Shown here: positions 9,473 to 22,500 of the stretch, piece by piece
Position numbering within the stretch: position 1 is the first letter of the stretch
Layout of the letters: each line of letters opens with the position of its first letter
From: Azolla caroliniana
Lineage: Eukaryota > Plantae > Polypodiophyta
Assembly: GCA_043228905.1 (NCBI GenBank)
Contig: JBHGNT010000017.1
Span: 18,972,001-19,036,000 of the forward strand
DNA: 64,000 nt
Reading direction: 5' to 3'
The notes under the pieces: model-generated
Databases searched by the model: none
What the model saw: only the letters and a program-made list of their open reading frames with translations
Told to the model about the DNA's origin: nothing
Translations under genes and position numbers: made by a program

Positions 9473-12400
9473 AGTGTTCAAACATGCGAATCGAAGCAAA
9501 CAACACTAGCTATGATATGGATTTTAAAAATCAAGATTTTTAAACTGAGGTCTAGAGACATGAAGAAATTAGCAAATTATTGAGGGAGTGGAGAAGAGCC
9601 TGTTCGGAAATCAAAATGTTCATACCTGGATCGTGTGATATCGGATTTTTGTGTTCAAACATGCGAATCGAAGCTAACAACACTAGCTATGATATGTAAT
9701 TAAAAAATTAGGATTTGGAAACTCAGGTCGAGAGACATGAAGAAAATAGCAAATTTGAGGAAGGAGTTGAGAAGAGCTCGTGAGTAAATTGAAATGTTCA
9801 TACCTGGCTCGTGTGATCCCGGATTGTTGTGTTCAAAGATGCGAATCGAAGCTCACAAGACTGGCTATGATATGGAATAAGAAAATCAGGAATTTGAAAC
9901 TCAGGTCGAGAGACATGAAGAAATTAGCAAATTTGAGGAGGTAGTGGAGAAGAGCTTGTTGAGAAATGAAAGTGTTCATACCTGGCTCATGTGATATCGG
10001 ATTTTTGTGTTCAAACATGCGAATCGAAGCTAACAACACTAGCTATGATATGAAATGAAAAAATCAAGAATTTGAAACTCAGGTCTAGGGACATGAAGAA
10101 ATTAGAAAATTAGAGGAGGGAGTGGAGAAGAGCCTGTTTGGAAATGAGAATGTTCATACATAGCTCATGTGATATCGGATTTTAGTGTTCAAACATGGGA
10201 ATCGAAGCTAACAACACGAGCTATGATATGTAATTAAAAAATCAAGAATTTGTAACTCAGGTCGAGAAGCATGAAGAAATTAGCAGATTTGAGGAGGGAG
10301 TTGAGAAGAGGGCGTGAGTAAATTCAAATGTTCATACCTGGCTCGTGTGATATCAGATTTTAGTGTTCAAACATGCGAATCGAAGCTAACAACACTAGCT
10401 ATGATATGGATTTTAAAAATCAAGATTTTTAAACTAAGGTCGAGAGACATGATGAATTTAGCAAATTTGAGGAGGGAGTTGAGAAGAGCTCGTTACTAAA
10501 GTGGAATGTTCATACCTGGCTCGTGTGATCCAGGATTGTCGTGTTGAAAGATGCGAATCGATGCTCACAACACTAGCTATGATATGGAATTAAAAAATCA
10601 AGAATTTGAAACTCAGGTCGAGAGACATGAAGAAATTAGCAAATTTGAGAAGGTAGTGGAGAAGAGCTCGTTAAAAAATGAAAATGTTGATACCTGTCTA
10701 ATGTGATATCGGATTTTCGTGTTCAAACATGCGTATTGAAGCTAACAAAACTAGCTATTATATGAAACTAAAAAATCAAGAATTTGAAACTCAAGTCGAG
10801 AGACATGAAGAAATTAGCAAATTTGAGGAGGGAGTTGAGAAGAGCTCGTGAGTAAATTGAAATGTTCATACGTGGCTCATGTGACCCCGGATTGTTGTGT
10901 TCAAAGATGCGAATCGAAGCTCACAACACTATCTATGATATGGAATTAAAAATTCAAGAATTTGAATCTCAGGTCGAGAGACATGTAGAAATTAGCAAAT
11001 TTGAGAAGGTAGTGGAGAAGAGCTCTTTAAAAAATGAAAAATGTTGATACCTGGCTCATGTCATATCGCCTTTTAGTGTTCAACCATGCGAATTGAAGCT
11101 AACAACACTAGCTATTATATGAAACCAAAAAATCAAGAATTTGAAACTCAAGTCGAGAGACATGAAGAAATTAGCAAATTTTAGGAGGTAGCAAAGCAGA
11201 GTTCGTTAAGAAATGAAAATGTTTATACCTGGCTCATGTAATATCAGATTTTTGTGTTCAAACATGCGAATCGAAGCAAACTACACTAGCTATGATATGA
11301 AATTAAAAAATCAAGAATTTGAAACTCAGGTCGAGAGACATGAAGAAATTAGCAAATTAGAGGAGGGAGTGGAGAAGAGCCTGTTCGGAAATGAAAATGT
11401 TCATACATAGCTCATGTGATATCGGATTTTAGTGTTCAAACATGCGAATCGAAGTTAACAACACTAGCTATTATATAGAATTAAAAAATTGAGAATTTGA
11501 AACTCAGGTCGAGAGACATGAAGAAATTAGCAAATTTGAGGAGGGAGTTAAGAAGAGCGTGTGAGTAAATTGAAATGTTAATACCTGTCTCGTGTGATAT
11601 CGGATTTTTGTGTTCAAACATGCAAATCGAAGCTAACAACACTAGCCTTTCTATGGAATTAAAAAATCTACAATTTGAAACTCAGGTCGAGAGACATGAA
11701 GAAATTAGCAAATTTGAGGAGGGACTTGAGAAGAGGGCGTGAGTAAATTCAAATGTTCATACCTGGCTCGTGTAATATCTGATTTTAGTGTTCAAACATG
11801 CGAATGGAAGCTTACAACACTAGCTATGATATGGATTTAAAAATTCAAGATTTTGAAACTTAGGTCGAGAGACACAAAGAGATTAGCAAATTTGAGGAGG
11901 GAGTTGAGAAGAGTGCGTGAGTAAATTCAAATATTAATACCTGTCTCGTGTGATATCGGATTTTTGTGTTCAAACATGCGAATCGAGGCTAATAAATCTA
12001 GCTATTATATGGAATTAAAAAATTAAGAATTTCAAACTCAGGTCAAGAGACATGAAGAAATTAGCAAATTTGAGGAGGGAGTTGAGAAGAGGGCGTGAGT
12101 AAATTCAAATGTTCATACCTGGCTCGTGTGATATCAGATTTTAGTGTTCAAACATGCGAATCGAAGCTAACAACACTAGCTATGATATCAAATTAAAAAA
12201 TCAAGAATTTCAAACTCAGGTCGAGAGACATGAAGATATTAGCAAATTAGAGAAAGGAGTGGAGAAGAGCATGTTTGGAAATGAAAATGTTCATACCTGG
12301 ATCGCGTGATATCGGATTTTTGTGTTGAAACATGTAAATCGAAGCTAACAACACTAGCTATGATATGAAATTAAAAAATCAAGAATTCGAAAGTTAGGTC

Positions 12401-13720
12401 GAGACACACGAAAAAATTAGCAAATTTGAGGAGGGCGTTGAGAAGAGGGTGTCAGTAAATTCAAATGTTCATACCTGGCTCGTGTGATATCAGATTTTAG
12501 TGTTCAAACATTCGAATCGAAGCTAACAACACTAGCTATGATATGGATTTTAAAAATCAAGATTTTTAAACTCAGGTCGAGAGACATGAAGAAATTAGCA
12601 AATTTGAGGAGGGAGTTGAGAAGAGCTCGTGAGTAAATTGAAATGTTCATACGTGGCTCATGTGACCCCGGATTGTTGTGTTCAAAGATGCGAATCGAAG
12701 CTCAGAACACTAGCTATGATATGGAATTAGAAAATCAAGAATTTGAAAATCAGGTCGAGAGACACGAAGAAATTAGCAAATTAGAGGAGGGAGTGGAGAA
12801 GAGCTCGTTCGGAAATGAGAATGTTCATACATAGCTCATGTGATATCGGATTTTAGTGTTCAAACATGGGAATCGAAGCAAACAACACTAGCTATGATAT
12901 GTAATTAAAAAATCAAGAATTTGTAACTCAGGTCGAGAAGCGTGAAGAAATTAGTAAATTTGAGGAGGGAGTTGAGAAGAGGGCGTCAGTAAATTCAAAT
13001 GTTCATACCTGGCTCGTGTGATATCAGATTTTGGTGTTCAAACATGCGAATCGAAGCTAACAACACTAGCTATGATATGGATTTTAAAAATCAAGATTTT
13101 TAAACTCAGGTCGAGAGACATGAAGAATTTAGCAAATTATTGAGGGAGTGGAGAAGAGCCTGTTTGGAAATTAAAATGTTCATACCTGGATCGTGTGATA
13201 TCGGCTTTTTGTGTTCAAACATGCGAATCGAAGCTAACAACACTAGCTATGATATGGATTTAAAAAATTAAGAATTTGAAACTCATGTCGAGAGACATGA
13301 AGAAATTAGCAAATTTGAGGAGGTAGCGGAGAAGAGTTCGTTAAGAAATGAAAATGTTCATACCTGCCTCGTGTGATATCGGATTTTAGTGTTCAAACAT
13401 GCGAATCGAAGCTAACAACACTAGCTATGATATGGAATTAAAAAATTAAGATTTTGAAACTCAGGTCCCGAGACATGAAGAAATTAGTAAATTTGAGGAG
13501 GTAGTGGAGAAGAGCTCGTGAGTAAATTGAAATGTTCATACCTGGCTCGTGTGATTCCGGATTGTTGTGTTCAAATATGCGAATCGAAGCTCACAACACT
13601 AGCTATGATATGGAATTAAAAAATCAAGAATTTCAAACTCAGGTCGAGAAACATGAAGAAATTAGCAAATTTGAGGAGGTAGTAGAGAAGAGCTCGTTAA
13701 AAAATGAAAATGTTGATACC
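9473..13720 (+). repeat. About 4.2-kb block repeated at 16583-20830 (offset 7110, then 7109) and 29105-33352; its tail also matches 1-1198 (offset 12,523)
   Basis: ORF pairs 9833/16943, 10314/17424, 10862/17972, 11213/18323, 12643/19752, 120/12643 and 1009/13532. A 1-bp deletion near 18976 (TAGGTGAGAG) shifts the offset by one. Confidence 0.92.
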
Positions 13721-16582
13721 AGGCAAATGTGATATCGGATTTTTGTGTTCAAACATGCGAATCGAGGCTAATAAATCTAGCTATTATATGGAATTAAAAA
13801 ATCAAGAATTTCAAACTCAGGTCGAGAGACATGAAGAAATTAGCAAATTTGAGGAGGGAGTTGAGAAGAGGGCGTGAGTAAATTCAAATGTTCATACCTG
13901 GCTCGTGTCATATCAGATTTTAGTGTTCAAACATGCGAATCGAAGCTAACAACACTAGCTATGATATGGATTTTAAAAATCAAGATTTTTAAACTCAGGT
14001 CTAGAGACATGAAGAAATTAGCAAATTATTGAGGGAGTGGAGAAGAGCCTGTTTGGAAATGAAAATGTTCATACCTGGATCGTGTGATATCGGATTTTAG
14101 TGTTCAAACATGCGAATCGAAGCTAACAACACTAGCTATGATATGGAATTAAAAAATTAAGATTTTGAAACTCAGGTCCAGAGACATGCGAATCGAAGCT
14201 AACAACACTAGCTATGATCTGGATTTAAAAAATCAAGAATTTGAAACTCAGGTCCAGAGACATGAAGAAATTAGCAAATTTGAGGAGGTAGCGGAGAAGA
14301 GTTCGTTAAGAAATGAAAATGTTCATACCTGCCTCGTGTGATATCGGATTTTAGTGTTTAAACATGCGAATCGAAGCTAACAACACTAGCTATGATCTGG
14401 ATTTAAAAAATCAAGAATTTGAAACTCAGGTCCAGAGACATGAAGAAATTAGCAAATTTGAGGAGGTAGCGGAGAAGAGTTCGTTAAGAAATGAAAATGT
14501 TCATACCTGCCTCGTGTGATATCGGATTTTAGTGTTTAAACATGCGAATCGAAGCTAACAACACTAGCTATGATATGGAATTAAAAAATAAAGATTTTGA
14601 AACTCGGGTCTAGAGACATGAAGAAATTAGTAAATTTGAGGAGGTAGTGGAGAAGAGCTCGTGAGTAAATTGAAATGTTCATACCTGGCTCGTGTGATCC
14701 CGGATTGTTGTGTTCAAATATGCGAATCGAAGGTCACAACACTAGCTATGATATGGAATTAAAAAATCAAGAATTTGAAACTCAGGTCTAGAGACATGAA
14801 GGAATTAGCAAATTTGAGGAGGTAGTGGAGAAGAGCTCATTAAAAAATGAAAATGTTGATGCCTTGCTAATGTGATATTATATTTTAGTGTTCAAACATT
14901 CGAATTGAAGCTAACAAAACTAGATATTATATGAAACTAAAAAATCAAGAATTTGAAACTCAAGTCGAGAGACATGAAGAAATTAGCAAATTTGAGGAGG
15001 TAGCGGAGAAGAGTTCGTTAAGAAATGAAAATGTTCATACCTGCCTCGTGTGATATCGGATTTTAGCGTTCAAACATGCGAATCGAAGCTAACAACACTA
15101 GCTATGATATGGATTTTAAAAATAAAGATTTTTAAACTCAGGTCTAGAGACATGAAGAAATTAGCAAATTATTCAGGGAGTGGAGAAGAGCATGTTTGGA
15201 AATGAAAATGTTCATACCTGGCTCGTGTGATATCGGATTTTAGTGTTCAAACATGCGAATCGAAGCTAACATCACTAGCTATGATATGGATTTAAAAAAT
15301 CAAGATTTTGAAACTTAGGTCGAGAGACATGAAGAAATTAGAAAATTTGAGGGGGGAGTTTAGAAGAGCGCGTGAGTAAATTGAAATGTTAATACCTGTC
15401 TCGTGTGATATCGGATTTTTGTGTTCAAACATGCGAATCGAGGCTAACAATACTAGCTATTATATGGAAATAAAAAATCAAGAAATTAACAAATTTGAGG
15501 AGGGAGTTGAGAAGAGAGCGTGAGTAAATTCAAATGTTCACACCTGGCTCGTGTTATATCGGATTTTAGTGTTCAAACATGTGAATCGAAGCTAACAACA
15601 CTAGTTATGATATGGATTTCAAAAATCAAGATTTTGAAACTCAGGTCGAGAGACATGAAGAAATTAGCAAATTTGAGGGGGGAGTTGAGATGAGCGCGTG
15701 AGTAAATTAAAATGTTAATACCTCTCTCTTGTGATATCGGACTTTTGTGTTCAAACATGCGAATCGAAGCTAACAATACTAGCTATTATATGGAATTAAA
15801 AAATCTAGAATTTCAAACTCAGGTCGAGAGACATGAAGAAATTAGCAAATTTGAAGAGGGAGTTGAGAAGAGGGCGTGAGTAAATTCAAATGTTCATACC
15901 TGGCTCGTGTGATATCAGATTTTAGTGTTCAAACATGCGAATCGAAGCTAACATCACTAGCTATGATATGGATTTCAAAAATCAAGATTTTGAAACTCAG
16001 GTCGAGAGACATGAAGAAATTAGCAAAATTGAGGAGGGAGTTGAGAAGACCTCGTGCGTAAATTGAAATATTTATACCTGGCTCGTGTGATCCCGGATTG
16101 TTGTGTTCAAAGATGCGAATCGAAGCTCACAATACTAGCTATAATATGGAATTAAAAAATCAAGAATTTGAAACTCAGGTCGAGAGACATGAAGAAATTA
16201 GCAAATTTGAGGAGGGAGTTGAGAAGAGCTCGTTAAGAAATGAAAATGTTGATACCTGGGTCATGTGATATCGGATTTTAGTGTTCAAACATGCGAATCG
16301 AAGCTAACAACACTAGCTATGATATGAAATTAAAAAATGAAGAGTTTGAAACTCAGGTCGAGAGACATGAAGAAATTAGCAAATTAGAGGAGGGAGTGGA
16401 GAAGAGCCTGTTTGGAAATGAAAATGTTTAGACCTGGATCGTGTGATATCGGATTTTTGTGTTCAAACATGCGAATCGAAGCTAACAACACTAGCTTTTA
16501 TATAGAATTAAAAAATCGAGAATTTGAAACTCAGGTCGAGAGACATGAAGAAATTAGCAAATTTGAGGAGGGAGTTGAGAAG

Positions 16583-19500
16583 AGTGTTCAAACATGCGAA
16601 TCGAAGCAAACAACACTAGCTATGATATGGATTTTAAAAATCAAGATTTTTAAACTGAGGTCTAGAGACATGAAGAAATTAGCAAATTATTGAGGGAGTG
16701 GAGAAGAGCCTGTTCGGAAATCAAAATGTTCATACCTGGATCGTGTGATATCGGATTTTTGTGTTCAAACATGCGAATCGAAGCTAACAACACTAGCTAT
16801 GATATGTAATTAAAAAATTAGGATTTGGAAACTCAGGTCGAGAGACATGAAGAAAATAGCAAATTTGAGGAAGGAGTTGAGAAGAGCTCGTGAGTAAATT
16901 GAAATGTTCATACCTGGCTCGTGTGATCCCGGATTGTTGTGTTCAAAGATGCGAATCGAAGCTCACAAGACTGGCTATGATATGGAATAAGAAAATCAGG
17001 AATTTGAAACTCAGGTCGAGAGACATGAAGAAATTAGCAAATTTGAGGAGGTAGTGGAGAAGAGCTTGTTGAGAAATGAAAGTGTTCATACCTGGCTCAT
17101 GTGATATCGGATTTTTGTGTTCAAACATGTGAATCGAAGCTAACAACACTAGCTATGATATGAAATGAAAAAATCAAGAATTTGAAACTCAGGTCTAGGG
17201 ACATGAAGAAATTAGAAAATTAGAGGAGGGAGTGGAGAAGAGCCTGTTTGGAAATGAGAATGTTCATACATAGCTCATGTGATATCGGATTTTAGTGTTC
17301 AAACATGGGAATCGAAGCTAACAACACGAGCTATGATATGTAATTAAAAAATCAAGAATTTGTAACTCAGGTCGAGAAGCATGAAGAAATTAGCAGATTT
17401 GAGGAGGGAGTTGAGAAGAGGGCGTGAGTAAATTCAAATGTTCATACCTGGCTCGTGTGATATCAGATTTTAGTGTTCAAACATGCGAATCGAAGCTAAC
17501 AACACTAGCTATGATATGGATTTTAAAAATCAAGATTTTTAAACTAAGGTCGAAAGACATGATGAATTTAGCAAATTTGAGGAGGGAGTTGAGAAGAGCT
17601 CGTTACTAAAGTGGAATGTTCATACCTGGCTCGTGTGATCCAGGATTGTCGTGTTGAAAGATGCGAATCGATGCTCACAACACTAGATATGATATGGAAT
17701 TAAAAAATCAAGAATTTGAAACTCAGGTCGAGAGACATGAAGAAATTAGCAAATTTGAGAAGGTAGTGGAGAAGAGCTCGTTAAAAAATGAAAATGTTGA
17801 TACCTGTCTAATGTGATATCGGATTTTAGTGTTCAAACATGCGCATTGAAGCTAACAAAACTAGCTATTATATGAAACTAAAAAATCAAGAATTTGAAAC
17901 TCAAGTCGAGAGACATGAAGAAATTAGCAAATTTGAGGAGGGAGTTGAGAAGAGCTCGTGAGTAAATTGAAATGTTCATACGTGGCTCATGTGACCCCGG
18001 ATTGTTGTGTTCAAAGATGCGAATCGAAGCTCACAACAGTATCTATGATATGGAATTAAAAAATCAAGAATTTGAAACTCAGGTCGAGAGACATGTAGAA
18101 ATTAGCAAATTTGAGAAGGTAGTGGAGAAGAGCTCTTTAAAAAATGAAAAATGTTGATACCTGGCTCATGTGATATCGCCTTTTAGTGTTGAACCATGCG
18201 AATTGAAGCTAACAACACTAGCTATTATATGAAACCAAAAAATCAAGAATTTGAAACTCAAGTCGAGAGACATGAATAAATTAGCAAATTTTAGGAGGTA
18301 GCAAAGCAGAGTTCGTTAAGAAATGAAAATGTTTATACCTGGCTCATGTGATATCAGATTTTTGTGTTCAAACATGCGAATCGAAGCAAACTACACTAGC
18401 TATGATATGAAATTAAAAAATCAAGAATTTGAAACTCAGGTCGAGAGACATGAAGAAATTAGCAAATTAGAGGAGGGAGTGGAGAAGAGCCTGTTCGGAA
18501 ATGAAAATGTTCATACATAGCTCATGTGATATCGGATTTTAGTGTTCAAACATGCGAATCGAAGTTAACAACACTAGCTATTATATAGAATTAAAAAATT
18601 GAGAATTTGAAACTCAGGTCGAGAGACATGAAGAAATTAGCAAATTTGAGGAGGGAGTTAAGAAGAGCGTGTGAGTAAATTGAAATGTTAATACCTGTCT
18701 CGTGTGATATCGGATTTTTGTGTTCAAACATGCAAATCGAAGCTAACAACACTAGCCTTTCTATGGAATTAAAAAATCTACAATTTGAAACTCAGGTCGA
18801 GAGACATGAAGAAATTAGCAAATTTGAGGAGGGACTTGAGAAGAGGGCGTGAGTAAATTCAAATGTTCATACCTGGCTCGTGTAATATCTGATTTTAGTG
18901 TTCAAACATGAGAATGGAAGCTTACAACACTAGCTATGATATGGATTTAAAAATTCAAGATTTTGAAACTTAGGTGAGAGACACAAAGAGATTAGCAAAT
19001 TTGAGGAGGGAGTTGAGAAGAGTGCGTGAGTAAATTCAAATGTTAATACCTGTCTCGTGTGATATCGGATTTTTGTGTTCAAACATGCGAATCGAGGCTA
19101 ATAAATCTAGCTATTATATGGAATTAAAAAATTAAGAATTTCAAACTCAGGTCAAGAGACATGAAGAAATTAGCAAATTTGAGGAGGGAGTTGAGAAGAG
19201 GGCGTGAGTAAATTCAAATGTTGATACCTGGGTCATGTGATATCGGATTTTAGTGTTCAAACATGCGAATCGAAGCTAACAAGACTAGCTATGATATGAA
19301 ATTAAAAAATGAAGAGTTTGAAACTTAGGTCGAGAGAAATGAAGAAATTAGCAAATTAGAGGAGGGAGTGGAGAAGAGCCTGTTCGGAAATCAAAATGTT
19401 CAGACCTGGATCGCGTGATATCGGATTTTTGTGTTCAAACATGCGAATCGAAGCTAACAACACTAGCGTTTATATAGAATTAAAAAATCGAGAATTTGAA

Positions 19501-22500
19501 ACTCAGGTCGAGAGACATGAAGAAATTAGCAAATTTGAGGAGGGCGTTGAGAAGAGGGTGTCAGTAAATTCAAATGTTCATACCTGGCTCGTGTGATATC
19601 AGATTTTAGTGTTCAAACATTCGAATCGAAGCTAACAACACTAGCTATGATATGGATTTTAAAAATCAAGATTTTTAAACTCAGGTCGAGAGACATGAAG
19701 AAATTAGCAAATTTGAGGAGGGAGTTGAGAAGAGCTCGTGAGTAAATTGAAATGTTCATACGTGGCTCATGTGACCCCGGATTGTTGTGTTCAAAGATGC
19801 GAATCGAAGCTCAGAACACTAGCTATGATATGGAATTAGAAAATCAAGAATTTGAAAATCAGGTCGAGAGACACGAAGAAATTAGCAAATTAGAGGAGGG
19901 AGTGGAGAAGAGCTTGTTCGGAAATGAGAATGTTCATACATAGCTCATGTGATATCGGATTTTAGTGTTCAAACATGGGAATCGAAGCAAACAACACTAG
20001 CTATGATATGTAATTAAAAAATCAAGAATTTGTAACTCAGGTCGAGAAGCGTGAAGAAATTAGTAAATTTGAGGAGGGAGTTGAGAAGAGGGCGTCAGTA
20101 AATTCAAATGTTCATACCTGGCTCGTGTGATATCAGATTTTGGTGTTCAAACATGCGAATCGAAGCTAACAACACTAGCTATGATATGGATTTTAAAAAT
20201 CAAGATTTTTAAACTCAGGTCGAGAGACATGAAGAATTTAGCAAATTATTCAGGGAGTGGAGAAGAGCCTGTTTGGAAATTAAAATGTTCATACCTGGAT
20301 CGTGTGATATCGGCTTTTTGTGTTCAAACATGCGAATCGAAGCTAACAACACTAGCTATGATATGGATTTAAAAAATTAAGAATTTGAAACTCATGTCGA
20401 GAGACATGAAGAAATTAGCAAATTTGAGGAGGTAGCGGAGAAGAGTTCGTTAAGAAATGAAAATGTTCATACCTGCCTCGTGTGATATCGGATTTTAGTG
20501 TTCAAACATGCGAATCGAAGCTAACAACACTAGCTATGATATGGAATTAAAAAATTAAGATTTTGAAACTCAGGTCCCGAGACATGAAGAAATTAGTAAA
20601 TTTGAGGAGGTAGTGGAGAAGAGCTCGTGAGTAAATTGAAATGTTCATACCTGGCTCGTGTGATTCCGGATTGTTGTGTTCAAATATGCGAATCGAAGCT
20701 CACAACACTAGCTATGATATGGAATTAAAAAATCAAGAATTTCAAACTCAGGTCGAGAAACATGAAGAAATTAGCAAATTTGAGGAGGTAGTAGAGAAGA
20801 GCTCGTTAAAAAATGAAAATGTTGATACCTGGCTAATTTGAGGAGGGAGTTGAGAAGAGGGCGTGAGTAAATTCAAATGTTCATACCTGGAACGTGTGAT
20901 AACGGATTTTAGTGTTCAAACATGCGAATCGAAGCTAACAACACTAGCTATGATATGGAATTAAAAAATTAAGATTTTGAAACTCAGGTCCAGAGACATG
21001 CGAATCGAAGCTAACAACACTAGCTATGATCTGGATTTAAAAAATCAAGAATTTGAAACTCAGGTCCAGAGACATGAAGAAATTAGCAAATTTGAGGAGG
21101 TAGCGGAGAAGAGTTCGTTAAGAAATGAAAATGTTCATACCTGCCTCGTGTGATATCGGATTTTAGTGTTTAAACATGCGAATCGAAGCTAACAACACTA
21201 GCTATGATCTGGATTTAAAAAATCAAGAATTTGAAACTCAGGTCCAGAGACATGAAGAAATTAGCAAATTTGAGGAGGTAGCGGAGAAGAGTTCGTTAAG
21301 AAATGAAAATGTTCATACCTGCCTCGTGTGATATCGGATTTTACTGTTTAAACATGCGAATCGAAGCTAACAACACTAGCTATGATATGGAATTAAAAAA
21401 TTAAGATTTTGAAACTCAGGTCTAGAGACATGAAGAAATTAGTAAATTTTAGGAGGTAGTGGAGAAGAGCTCGTGAGTAAATTGAAATGTTCATACCTGG
21501 CTCGTGTGATCCCGGATTGTTGTGTTCAAATATGCGAATCGAAGGTCACAACACTAGCTATGATATGGAATTAAAAAATCAAGAATTTGAAACTCAGGTC
21601 GAGAGACATGAAGGAATTAGCAAATTTGAGGAGGTAGTGGAGAAGAGCTCATTAAAAAATGAAAATGTTGATGCCTGGCTAATGTGATATCGGATTTTAG
21701 TGTTCAAACATTCGAATTGAAGCTAACAAAACTAGATATTATATGAAACTAAAAAATCAAGTATTTGAAACTCAAGTCGAGAGACATGAAGAAATTAGCA
21801 AATTTGAGGAGGTAGCGGAGAAGAGTTCGTTAAGAAATGAAAATGTTCATACCTGCCTCGTGTGATATCGGATTTTAGTGTTCAAACATGCGAATCGAAG
21901 CTAACAACACTAGCTATGATATGGATTTTAAAAATAAAGATTTTTAAACCCAGGCCTAGAGACATGAAGAAATTAGCAAATTATTGAGGGAGTGGAGAAG
22001 AGCATGTTTGGAAATGAAAATGTTCATACCTGGCTCGTGTGATATCGGATTTTAGTGTTCAAACATGCGAATCGAAGCTAACATCACTAGCTATGATATG
22101 GATTTAAAAAATCAAGATTTTGAAACTTAGGTCGAGAGACATGAAGAAATTAGAAAATTTGAGGGGGGAGTTTAGAAGAGCGCGTGAGTAAATTGAAATG
22201 TTAATACCTGTCTCGTGTGATATCGGATTTTTGTGTTCAAACATGCGAATCGAGGCTAACAATACGAGCTATTATATGGAAATAAAAAATCAAGAAATTA
22301 ACAAATTTGAGGAGGGAGTTGAGAAGAGAGCGTGAGTAAATTCAAATGTTCACACCTGGCTCGTGTTATATCGGATTTTAGTGTTCAAACATGTGAATCG
22401 AAGCTAACAACACTAGTTATGATATGGATTTAAAAAATCAAGATTTTGAAACTTAGGTCGAAAGACATGAAGAAATTAGCAAATTTGAGGGGGGAGTTGA

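Larger units (their letters stand above)
1..16582 (+). repeat. Copy 1 (5'-truncated by the window) of a 19,632-bp tandem duplication
   Basis: ORF pairs have a constant offset of 19,632 (120/19752, 1855/21487, 4000/23632, 9833/29465, 13532/33164, 15876/35508). All rare junctions are shared at that offset, e.g. 9214/28846. Confidence 0.95.

Noticed and set aside
16412-16693. Longer 93-aa ORF
   Set aside because: It is a chance in-frame fusion created by the duplication junction at 16583-16584.
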